This document shows positions 16,042 through 24,140 of a stretch of DNA of 31,634 bases, one piece after another; position 1 is the stretch's first letter, and each line of letters begins with the position of its first letter. The notes beneath the pieces were generated by a model, which worked only from the letters and a program-made list of their open reading frames with translations, searched no databases and was not told the origin of the DNA. The stretch is from positions 1 through 31,634 of the IMG/VR virus record IMGVR_UViG_3300047560_000396; one strand, written 5' to 3'. Position numbers and translations under genes: made by a program. The DNA is from a virus (lineage: Duplodnaviria; Caudoviricetes).

Positions 16042-16751
16042 ACACTTTCCGGCAAAACGATTGTGCCGTTAATGGCATCTTGTTTTGCTTGTGCTAGCTT
16101 TCCATCCTTTTCCGGATCATTTGCTAACGCATTAATAATAGTCGCAACACTATTTAAGTCATTTGCAGTTGCATTTGGATGCAGAAGAATCTTGGCTACT
16201 TCGTCCCTAGTTCTAGCAATAACAACATCGTCATTGCGTCTAATTAGTTTGGCAGAAAACTGATCAAACTTTAAACCAAGGTGTTTAGCAATACTGCTGA
16301 TTAAAATAAAAATGTGGCCACCAACAAATTTGGGATCGTTGTACATACCACGTAGGCCATGTTGGTGCCATTCAGCAACAATCGCGGCATCGGAGATTAC
16401 CATTAAGTCGACTTGGACTGTGTGTTCTCCAGTATCAGTATTGTACGGGGCTTCGATGTGTACGTTTCGCCCGGACAATCTAGTTTTATAACCATGGCTG
16501 GTCATAAATTGCTGCAATGTACGGCGTGCCAACTTTTGATCATCAATTTTAAAATTGCCCATTAATGCATCAGCATCAACAAACAAATCAATGTCATGGC
16601 TAGCAGATTTAAACCCAGCTGATCCAATGTTAGCAATTAACTTGGTACCGCTGGGTAAATCTTTATAAACGTTTTGTACTACATTGTTGACGTATTCTTT
16701 GGGAATGTAAGAGTCACCAAAGAATCCGCCAACTGTGTTTTTTTGGGTCAT
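16038..16751 (-). CDS. Pol-beta superfamily nucleotidyltransferase
   Basis: IGSAGFKSASHDIDL (hGS...DxD); third Asp in VQVDLM; AKHLGLK helix. Confidence 0.75.
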   Translation of the reverse strand: MTQKNTVGGFFGDSYIPKEYVNNVVQNVYKDLPSGTKLIANIGSAGFKSASHDIDLFVDADALMGNFKIDDQKLARRTLQQFMTSHGYKTRLSGRNVHIEAPYNTDTGEHTVQVDLMVISDAAIVAEWHQHGLRGMYNDPKFVGGHIFILISSIAKHLGLKFDQFSAKLIRRNDDVVIARTRDEVAKILLHPNATANDLNSVATIINALANDPEKDGKLAQAKQDAINGTIVLPESV

Positions 16752-18202
16752 AGTCTGATATTAGCTCGTTTAGCTAGTATAGCACTAAAATCCATTTCTG
16801 CCAAGGCCGGTTGTTGGCCCTTTAATTTGCTTTGTAAGAACCCAGGTTTGTTTTGATCATCTTGGGCACTTGCTGTTTGTGCAGGTGCGGCCGGTTCTTG
16901 TGGAACTGCCTTTGCTCCAGTAGTTGGCTGGATAGCAGGTTGTTGCGGTACTCCGCCTGTTGGTACATTGTAAGTAGTCTTACCGTAGCCTGTTGATTGT
17001 TGACCAAAGTTTGGTGTTGCAGCTGGTTGTCCATCTTTAGCAGGAATGCCTGCAGGTGCTGCACCAAGTTGGTTAGCCATGCGAGCTTGTACATCTTTAC
17101 CTTGTGGCTGCGCTGTTGCGGCTGCTGCTTGTGGGCTAGTAGAAGCAGGAGTTCCTTCTGGAGCTCTATTATTTTTCCATACCGCAGGATTTTGCTGGGC
17201 TTGTGCAGCTTGGTCTGCGGCAGGGGTTTCTAGTGGCTTGCCTGTTTGTGTATCAAACTTATCAGGGTTAGCGGCTTTTTCGGCAGCTCTAGCTTTTTCG
17301 TTCGCTGCTTCGCCTGCATCGTGTTCTGCGGCGCTATTATATTTCTCACCAGTTTCTGTATTAAATCCAAAGTCACCGGCTGCTCCCTGTGCTTGCGCCT
17401 GTTGTTGTGCAGGCTGTTGTTGCGCCTGTGCGTTCTTATCCATTTCAGCATTTGCGGCTGTTGCGGCTGTTTTTTGTTTTTGCTGACGATCAAGCATTGC
17501 CGCTGTTGCAGGATCCACTGGTGTATTGTCGGCCATGTTAACCCATTGTTGACCAACTTTCTTGTATTGATGCTCTTTACCTTGAGCATCTTTTACTTTT
17601 TGCACATCGTCGCCGGCCTTAGGTGACATTAAACTCTGACCTGCCGCACCCATACCAACACCTGCTCTCATTGCATCTTGAGCGCCTTTGAATAATCCAG
17701 CAACTTTGTTGCCAGCATCCTTAGCTGTGCCACCAACTGCATCGCCATATTGTTTTGCAACGCCAGGTTGCTTAGTGTCAGTTGTCTGAGTAGATGTTTG
17801 CTGAGGAGCACTATTAGTTTTAGCGGCCGGAGCACTAGCTGATGGTGCTGGTTGGTTAGCTTGTTTTAGCTGTGTTTTTAGATCAGCTAGTTCTTGTTCT
17901 TTTTGTTTAATCTGCGATTCAATCCCTGCAGATTGTGTGTTAGCGGTTGCAGGAGCAGATTGTGTGTTAGCAGTTGCAGGAGCAGATTGTGCGCCTGTGC
18001 CATCTTCGGGGCCGCCAATTGCTTCAACCCCACCTTTGTAGCCTGCTTTAACTGCACGGGCTATACCCTGTGGGACACTCGCAATACCACCAATGCCTTT
18101 GCCGATTGCACCTAGTGTATTGGCAGCGCCGGTTTTAACACCTTGCCACGATAGCTCGTCTAATTGTTCAGTATTCTCGTTAAGTATTTGGTCTATTTTC
18201 AT
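16748..18202 (-). CDS. low-complexity Ala/Gln/Pro-rich protein, putative internal head protein
   Basis: MKIDQILNE..LDE N-terminus; composition suggests mostly disordered; C-terminal LAE. Confidence 0.65.
   Translation of the reverse strand: MKIDQILNENTEQLDELSWQGVKTGAANTLGAIGKGIGGIASVPQGIARAVKAGYKGGVEAIGGPEDGTGAQSAPATANTQSAPATANTQSAGIESQIKQKEQELADLKTQLKQANQPAPSASAPAAKTNSAPQQTSTQTTDTKQPGVAKQYGDAVGGTAKDAGNKVAGLFKGAQDAMRAGVGMGAAGQSLMSPKAGDDVQKVKDAQGKEHQYKKVGQQWVNMADNTPVDPATAAMLDRQQKQKTAATAANAEMDKNAQAQQQPAQQQAQAQGAAGDFGFNTETGEKYNSAAEHDAGEAANEKARAAEKAANPDKFDTQTGKPLETPAADQAAQAQQNPAVWKNNRAPEGTPASTSPQAAAATAQPQGKDVQARMANQLGAAPAGIPAKDGQPAATPNFGQQSTGYGKTTYNVPTGGVPQQPAIQPTTGAKAVPQEPAAPAQTASAQDDQNKPGFLQSKLKGQQPALAEMDFSAILAKRANIRL
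17928..17991. repeat. 27-bp tandem repeat (about 2.4 copies) encoding SAPATANTQ
   Basis: GCAGATTGTGTGTTAGC[G/A]GTTGCAGGA units starting at 17928, 17955 and 17982. Confidence 0.9.
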
Positions 18203-18459
18203 TCTTGGTCTCTATGTGATTCACGGAGACTTCGAATTTTACGTGCAAATTTGGCTGGCTCTTGACTACGGATACTGTTTAATAACCTACGTTCAAGTTC
18301 GTCAGCTGTTTCTGCATCGTAATGTTCTTTGATGTAATTTATTAGATTGATGGCACCAGCAATAACGTTGCTGGCGCGGCTTTCGATAAGACTTTCCTTA
18401 TCACGCTGTGCGCCGATCCCAGCTAGTTCTTCTAATATACTACGTGTTTGTTTACGCAA
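18199..18459 (-). CDS. hypothetical helical protein
   Basis: TTG start with GGAG/AGGA upstream; late promoter CATAAATA. Confidence 0.75.
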   Translation of the reverse strand: MRKQTRSILEELAGIGAQRDKESLIESRASNVIAGAINLINYIKEHYDAETADELERRLLNSIRSQEPAKFARKIRSLRESHRDQE

Positions 18460-18481
18460 AATCCTGCTCCGATTCTAGTAA

Positions 18482-18489
18482 TATTTATG
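18482..18489 (-). promoter_or_regulatory. T4-type late promoter CATAAATA
   Basis: Heads the coupled 18459-14968 operon. Confidence 0.7.
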
Positions 18490-18512
18490 TATTTTGTAAT
18501 AGATCGGAAAAC

Positions 18513-19967
18513 TCAATCTGACTTCTTGAACCCGGCAATCATTTGCTTAAGCTTAGTACTTTGCACATCTGCTGTTACTTTTTTAGCAGGTTGTTCCCAT
18601 GCAGGAGTCCCTGTTGCACGTTGGAATCTACTTACTGTAGGATTTTCGTCGCCGTCATCAGGTGCCTGGGTCGCTGGGCGCTGTTTAATTTGATTCATAA
18701 TGCTAGCAACTCTCGGTGGCCCACCGTCTGAGTTTTCAGGGATTCCAGGGTCAGTGATACGCATATTTTCAATGCCATAGTCAAGTTCAACTTTTTGCCC
18801 AACCCCTGTAGAACTACGAGACTTCATACATTGAATTTCGTATTTGCCTGCTTCTTTCATACGTCTGCTAGTAAAGATACCGAATACGTTATCCGCTGTG
18901 TTAATCTTAGAAATACCGCCGGAAATATGACTGTGGTCAAACTCTGCTTCGTCAACTGCACTACGGTTCAACTGCGAAGCTGTAACCATAAGCATACCTA
19001 GCTCTTTAGCTAAGTTACGCAATTCTTCCGAAACATACTTATCCTTAACAAACAAGTCGTTAGGACTAACCTTTGCACTTACCGGCATCAGCAAGTCCAA
19101 ATAGTCAATCATCACAAAGTCAACTCTGCGATTTGTTTGGATTTGATATTCCTTTAAGTATGCCCTTACATCATTAATGTTACTTTGTGCAGGCAGTGCT
19201 TTAATTTGATACGTGCCGGCTTTCTTACCTGCAACAATAACTTTCAAGCTTGTACCATCGATATCTTTGCGGATTTCTTTTGTACCGTCACCAGTTAACA
19301 TTGCATCAGTACGCAAACTAACAAGTTCTTCACTAAGTTCTAGTGTAATGTAAACACCGTTAAGGCCTTGTGATAACCAGTTAAGTGCAATGTTCATCAT
19401 AACCAGCGACTTACCAGAACCAGATCCGCCTGCAAAGATGTTTAGTTCACCACGTGAGAACCCACCGTATAGCAGTCTATCCAGTTGTGGCCATCCTGTG
19501 CTTACTTGGCCGCCGCTGTTAAAATATTTGTTAATACGTGCTGCCGGATCCGCAAAGTAGTCAGTACCTAAGTCTTTTTGCAAACTAATTTGTACTGCAT
19601 CTTTGATTAGTTTCTCAACTGGATCAAAGTCACCCTTTTCTAATAAGTCAGCTGACTTTAAAATAGCACGTTCAAGTTCTTGTCTGCGAGTAAATGACTC
19701 AAATTCAGACATAAACCATTCTGTGTGGTTTTCATTTAGTTCAGGGACTGGCTTTAAGTCGACACCAGTAACAGCTTTAACTTGTTCAGGAGTTGGTAGT
19801 GTCTTATATTCAGCCGTGTGGGATTTTAAAAATTCTGCTGCTGCTCTTAAACTACGATCGAAGTTTTCGGAATTATAGATGTTAGAAATTCGCACAAAAC
19901 TTTGTGCATCCTGTACCATCATTTCTAAAAATAGTTTTTGTAAATCTGTTGAATACTCTTTTGTCAT
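18513..19967 (-). CDS. replicative DNA helicase (T4 gp41/DnaB-like)
   Basis: Walker A GGSGSGKS, ITLEL, MIDYLDL, TASQLNR, KSR arginine finger. Confidence 0.93.
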   Translation of the reverse strand: MTKEYSTDLQKLFLEMMVQDAQSFVRISNIYNSENFDRSLRAAAEFLKSHTAEYKTLPTPEQVKAVTGVDLKPVPELNENHTEWFMSEFESFTRRQELERAILKSADLLEKGDFDPVEKLIKDAVQISLQKDLGTDYFADPAARINKYFNSGGQVSTGWPQLDRLLYGGFSRGELNIFAGGSGSGKSLVMMNIALNWLSQGLNGVYITLELSEELVSLRTDAMLTGDGTKEIRKDIDGTSLKVIVAGKKAGTYQIKALPAQSNINDVRAYLKEYQIQTNRRVDFVMIDYLDLLMPVSAKVSPNDLFVKDKYVSEELRNLAKELGMLMVTASQLNRSAVDEAEFDHSHISGGISKINTADNVFGIFTSRRMKEAGKYEIQCMKSRSSTGVGQKVELDYGIENMRITDPGIPENSDGGPPRVASIMNQIKQRPATQAPDDGDENPTVSRFQRATGTPAWEQPAKKVTADVQSTKLKQMIAGFKKSD

Positions 19968-19969
19968 TA

Positions 19970-21031
19970 TTAACTATGTATGCGCTTTTTATGTAACTCA
20001 ATTTTTAACCGACTCGATTGTTTACCTTCTAATATTGCCTTAAGGGTAAACAATTTCCCATATTTTTCTACTGCTGCACTAACGTCTTTTACAGATTCAT
20101 TCCAGATAGGAAAACTAACTGACCAACCGAACTCAATAGCCTGCTCCACAAGCTTCGAACCGGCCCATACGTTTTTCCCTTTGACAAGTTTACTGTCAAA
20201 GTCCGGTACGACGATGACTTCACGCCCAAGGCTGTCAATAATATCAGCTTGTATCTCACTGCACTCGTTACTAAGGACAGCAACGCCATCAACTGCCATC
20301 GCATCGAAGGGTCCTTCAACGACAATGACAAACTTCTTCTCAGGAGTCTGCCGGTCCATGTTAAAGACGTAGTTAGGTTCGTAGTCTGCGTAGTATTTTG
20401 GTTTAATGCCATCTTCGAATGTCCTCGACGTGGATCCTATTAACTGCCCTTTCCAGTAGCACGGAACAATTACACGCTTATGCATGTTATGCTCATCGTC
20501 TTCTGTAGTGTAGAACTCATACCTACTTAGGAGATTGCCCCCGCGGTGGTCTACGTATTCAACAGCTCGCTTTAACGATTCGGGAGTAACATAGTTGTCG
20601 TCGGTTAGTGCTAAGAATGTAGTCCACTCACTAAAACTTTTTGCTCCCAAGGGCAGGGGGCGTGGATTAAACGAGACTTCTTCCTGTTGTTGTTCTTTTA
20701 GTTCTTCAGGATTTACTAGTTCCTTAACCCTAATGGCATCAATTACCAAACGCTTAATGGAGTTTTCATCTGCGCCAAACCAACTCAGGAGTTTACGGAA
20801 CTTATAGTTTAAGTGCCTGCCTGGTGTGTAGTTAGCTTTAAAGCCACAGTTGAAACAAGAATAAGATATTGAACCATTGGGGTTTGCAATTAAACCGCCA
20901 CGCCCCCTGTTATCACGGCTTTCGCCGGTGTGCTCACAACAGACAGCATTAAAAGAAGTCCACCCGCTGACAGAAGTTTTCCGTTTAGCGGGCAGAAGTT
21001 GTAATACAGCGTCTCTAATTGTTGTTAGCAT
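19970..21031 (-). CDS. DNA primase (T4 gp61/DnaG-like)
   Basis: Zn-binding CC...CFNC; TOPRIM VVEGPFDA, VPDFD, KD; adjacent to the helicase. Confidence 0.88.
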   Translation of the reverse strand: MLTTIRDAVLQLLPAKRKTSVSGWTSFNAVCCEHTGESRDNRGRGGLIANPNGSISYSCFNCGFKANYTPGRHLNYKFRKLLSWFGADENSIKRLVIDAIRVKELVNPEELKEQQQEEVSFNPRPLPLGAKSFSEWTTFLALTDDNYVTPESLKRAVEYVDHRGGNLLSRYEFYTTEDDEHNMHKRVIVPCYWKGQLIGSTSRTFEDGIKPKYYADYEPNYVFNMDRQTPEKKFVIVVEGPFDAMAVDGVAVLSNECSEIQADIIDSLGREVIVVPDFDSKLVKGKNVWAGSKLVEQAIEFGWSVSFPIWNESVKDVSAAVEKYGKLFTLKAILEGKQSSRLKIELHKKRIHS

Positions 21032-21037
21032 TGAACT

Positions 21038-21066
21038 ATTATATAGTCTGCAATGCTAGAACTCAA
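21038..21066 (-). promoter_or_regulatory. sigma70-like promoter TTGAGT-N17-TATAAT, predicted leaderless
   Basis: Primase ATG begins 6 nt after the -10 box; no SD. Confidence 0.7.
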
Positions 21067-21071
21067 ATAAT

Positions 21072-21269
21072 TTAGTCTTGTTTGACTACATTAGCTTGCC
21101 AATCGCTAACGCCTTTGTACTTTAAAAAGTTGTATTGGGCTGCTAAGTGAACCGACGCAGTTGTTGCTTGGTCAGAAGTTTCCAATACGATTGTGTCGTT
21201 GCCATGAACACTTACATCCTCAGTGATGTTTAACGACGGGCTATGAATAGACAGTTTGTACGTAGACAT
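21072..21269 (-). CDS. hypothetical protein
   Basis: GGAG SD; perfect TATAAATA upstream. Confidence 0.7.
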   Translation of the reverse strand: MSTYKLSIHSPSLNITEDVSVHGNDTIVLETSDQATTASVHLAAQYNFLKYKGVSDWQANVVKQD

Positions 21270-21287
21270 AAAATTCTCCAGATATTG

Positions 21288-21295
21288 TATTTATA
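21288..21295 (-). promoter_or_regulatory. T4 late promoter TATAAATA
   Basis: Exact gp55 consensus in an intergenic position. Confidence 0.75.
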
Positions 21296-21300
21296 GTTAA

Positions 21301-21750
21301 CTATGCCATATCAGAGTAATACGCAGGCAATACTTCTAAATCCAACGGCGCACCATAATTGTCGTCAACGTACAATGGCGCTTCAGTTAGATCATCTTGG
21401 TTAATTGTCTTGGTTGTTAATTTGTAAAAACGTTGCTCTAAACTATCAATTGTAGTTTTGTCTAAAATTACAGTACCCAAGCCTTTTGTAATATCGACCC
21501 AAGTTACCGGAAACGTTTGCACCGTTACTCTGTTTACTGGATCTTGTATTTGTAGCTCAACTGCATACCCAGATAAGTCTACTTTCTTTTGGTCTTGGTT
21601 CTTAATAACAATTTGTAAAGGGTTGTCAATTCCCTGATAAACTTTAATTGGGCGGCTGTACACGATTCTATTCCTTACAGTGAAAATGGACATGTCCAAA
21701 ATTTGGACCTCCACTTTTTGGTCTACTAAATATAGTTTGATAGTCTGCAT
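21301..21750 (-). CDS. putative virion protein, Ig-like (BppU N-terminal-like)
   Basis: VYQGIDNPLQIVIKNQDQKKVDLSG...GLGTVIL beta pattern; late promoter GATAAATA at 21771-21778. Confidence 0.6.
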   Translation of the reverse strand: MQTIKLYLVDQKVEVQILDMSIFTVRNRIVYSRPIKVYQGIDNPLQIVIKNQDQKKVDLSGYAVELQIQDPVNRVTVQTFPVTWVDITKGLGTVILDKTTIDSLEQRFYKLTTKTINQDDLTEAPLYVDDNYGAPLDLEVLPAYYSDMA

Positions 21751-21784
21751 TTGTTGGGCAATCTTTTAGATATTTATCGTAAAA

Positions 21785-22156
21785 GTGGAAATAGATATTA
21801 AGGCATTATTAGAGCAATACCCCTACTTGACATACATTGTCTATGGCGGTAACGATTACGTGGGCATTGTTCAAAATGCAGACGAACAAATCACCACAAT
21901 CTACGACTTTGGTAGCTTAAAAACACCAGAGCAAAAGTCAAAGTTCCTGGAACTTGGCGAACAATGGTGGTGGGAAAGCAATAGGATTATCCCTATTAAC
22001 GTTTTCCTTAAGAGTGACTGGACTTTGTTCAAGTTTTGTGTTAAAACTATGAACAGCAAGGACGTAGAAATTAAGTACGGGCCCCAGACAAGCCTAAAAG
22101 AAATCGCCGCAAAACGTAGTAAGCGGCGTTCAATAACTTTAGTTCGTAAAGTTTAA
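21785..22156 (+). CDS. hypothetical protein (the only credible plus-strand gene)
   Basis: 123 aa filling a gap with no minus-strand ORF; ACTAAATA at 21725-21732; its stop overlaps the convergent stop in TTAA. Confidence 0.8.
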   Translation: MEIDIKALLEQYPYLTYIVYGGNDYVGIVQNADEQITTIYDFGSLKTPEQKSKFLELGEQWWWESNRIIPINVFLKSDWTLFKFCVKTMNSKDVEIKYGPQTSLKEIAAKRSKRRSITLVRKV

Positions 22157-22731
22157 CTATTCTGTTCGCAGATTAGATTCATGTGTACCGCAACTAGGTG
22201 TGCATACGCAATCGCGTGAGCTTTCTTAAACACATACCCTTCGTCAGTTGCATCCCAGATAGTTTTAGCAACTTCTGCCCACTTTAGCCCAATTAAGTGT
22301 CGCTTGCCCGGGCGAATAATAGCTAAGAACATTGCTAATCTCGGAATACTGTTAATGGGCTCAGGCATTTTAGCCATTGTATCGTGATGATTACCGATGT
22401 GCATAAGTTTACTAGAGAATTCCTCGAATGTCAGTAGGCTCCATTCGGGTTCTTGATTCATTAAACGATCAAGGTGAGCTTCATCCTTAATCTGTGTATA
22501 TAACGAAACGTTTAAGAAGTCTAACTTAGCATACCCTAGTTCTTCTGCTGCCTTGTGATCTATGCTAGCAATTCCCATAAACGGGTCAACGGGAATATCC
22601 GTTGGGTACACCCCTGTATTGTGTTTAACTAACTTATCGTCGCGCTTAATACTTGCAGGTGTAACATTCAATGCTGCAAGTGCTAGTTCTCGATTACCAA
22701 AGTCAATATCAATATCACTCTTAAACTTCAT
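22153..22731 (-). CDS. miniature DNA polymerase III alpha (DnaE)-like protein
   Basis: SDIDIDF, KHNTGVY, ELGYAKLDFLN, IIRPG and GYVFKKAHAIAYA in DnaE order. Confidence 0.8.
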   Translation of the reverse strand: MKFKSDIDIDFGNRELALAALNVTPASIKRDDKLVKHNTGVYPTDIPVDPFMGIASIDHKAAEELGYAKLDFLNVSLYTQIKDEAHLDRLMNQEPEWSLLTFEEFSSKLMHIGNHHDTMAKMPEPINSIPRLAMFLAIIRPGKRHLIGLKWAEVAKTIWDATDEGYVFKKAHAIAYAHLVAVHMNLICEQNS

Positions 22732-22776
22732 TTCCTGCCCATCTTAATGCAAACAATGTTGCATAACTTTCTTCAT
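22721..22776 (-). pseudogene. remnant of an internally deleted small gene
   Basis: ATGA-coupled start (MKKV) is out of frame with a protein-like end (SYATLFALRWAGNEV*) that overlaps the next start. Confidence 0.45.
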
Positions 22777-23459
22777 AGTCCTGCTCGCTCTAATACAGTC
22801 CTAGTCCACTCAACATCTTCGGGATAGTCTTTAAACTTAGCTTGCCAGTACTCCGGATTGATCTGCGTTATAATCATCGAAACTTGGTCTTCACGGAGGC
22901 TATCAAGAAACGCAACGCCGCTGGCACAATTGTATATAACCCAAGGACTAATACGACCGGCACTAATATGATGCACAATCCTATTACCATTGCCGTATCT
23001 AAAGTAGTCTGTAAACCCGTTTTTAAGTTCTGGATGTTCCTCAGCATATTTTGTCATTTCCTTTAATGCACGTTCTAGTGCATCTTGGACTGCTTCTTTC
23101 TTTATGTAATCTAACAACCACTCCTCGTACAAACTATCTTTGCACCAGTAGTCAAGTTTTTTGTTGTTCTTTAACAACCATTCAGTAAAGCTGGTTGTGT
23201 TAATGGCTCTAATGGATACTAAGTAACGCCCAAACTTAACAAATGCAGTGTAGTATGGGCTGTTACAAAAATCGTCATAGCTTTTGTGTTTAGTTGTACC
23301 TTGCGTTAGCTCATAAAACCTATAGTAAGCACGATAACCAAACTGCACACCAGTTTCGCCTTCTTGTTGTGCTCTACGTTTCTTTTCGCATACATGAGAA
23401 GTTAGCGTAGATTCACGCATAAACTCCTTATTGCAGTACTTACACTTGTAACCTGTCAT
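22773..23459 (-). CDS. protein with an N-terminal C2HC/C2H2-type zinc finger
   Basis: YKCKYCNKEFMRESTLTSHVC. Confidence 0.75.
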   Translation of the reverse strand: MTGYKCKYCNKEFMRESTLTSHVCEKKRRAQQEGETGVQFGYRAYYRFYELTQGTTKHKSYDDFCNSPYYTAFVKFGRYLVSIRAINTTSFTEWLLKNNKKLDYWCKDSLYEEWLLDYIKKEAVQDALERALKEMTKYAEEHPELKNGFTDYFRYGNGNRIVHHISAGRISPWVIYNCASGVAFLDSLREDQVSMIITQINPEYWQAKFKDYPEDVEWTRTVLERAGL

Positions 23460-23920
23460 AGATCAGATTTGATTCGCTTTTCGTCCCATCCGTGGCTACG
23501 TGCCAACTCCTTTAAGTCGTCCTTTGAGTTAATCTGAAGCATTAAATCAATTTCGTCGTCTTTGGCTTGCGGATACACTTCTTGTAAAAACTTAAATGCT
23601 TTGTTGTTGTTTTCTTTTTTGCCTGCTGCTAGCCACTTGTGGTACTGTTTGCCCATGTTAGGGCTAACGGTAGTTGCCAACAGCCACTGAAACTTCTTAT
23701 GCTGTGCTGTATTAATGTCAAAGAAGTTTTTGTTTAGTCGTTCGTTGGTACTCATTAAGTAGTACGCTTGCAATTCTGGACTGCCTTCAACTGCACTACC
23801 CCAACGAATCATAATATACGGACTAAACTTCTTTTGTTCTTCTGGTGACAATTCATCAAAGAAGTTCCTATTCTTCTTATCAAACTGTAGCATCTCGTTT
23901 GAAATATGTAGTTTATCCAT
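23456..23920 (-). CDS. clamp loader small subunit (T4 gp62-like)
   Basis: KFSPYIMIRW...N...FQW...HKW..., size and replication context. Confidence 0.65.
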   Translation of the reverse strand: MDKLHISNEMLQFDKKNRNFFDELSPEEQKKFSPYIMIRWGSAVEGSPELQAYYLMSTNERLNKNFFDINTAQHKKFQWLLATTVSPNMGKQYHKWLAAGKKENNNKAFKFLQEVYPQAKDDEIDLMLQINSKDDLKELARSHGWDEKRIKSDL

Positions 23921-24140
23921 TTTGTTCTTTTAATAAGTGATACAATATTATAACACGTTCAAGCTCTTCTTGCATTACAGGATTGCTCTTTCCCATTCTG
24001 CGTATATCGCCCCACAGTTTATCTTCATAAATGCGATCCATCATCGATCTGTTCTCTTTAGTTAGAGTTCTAGCGATCTCACCGTACTCACGTTCATACA
24101 CCGTGTTGCCCCCATCGGGGCTTTCAAAGATTTTTGCCAT
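23913..24140 (-). CDS. hypothetical protein
   Basis: MAKIFESPDGGNTVYER; TGATG overlap; AAGGA SD. Confidence 0.75.
   Translation of the reverse strand: MAKIFESPDGGNTVYEREYGEIARTLTKENRSMMDRIYEDKLWGDIRRMGKSNPVMQEELERVIILYHLLKEQNG

Noticed and set aside
12255-17991. 30-bp and 27-bp repeats as DGR TR/VR or attachment sites
   Set aside because: In-frame duplications within low-complexity protein regions; no reverse transcriptase or integrase; no pattern of adenine-specific variation
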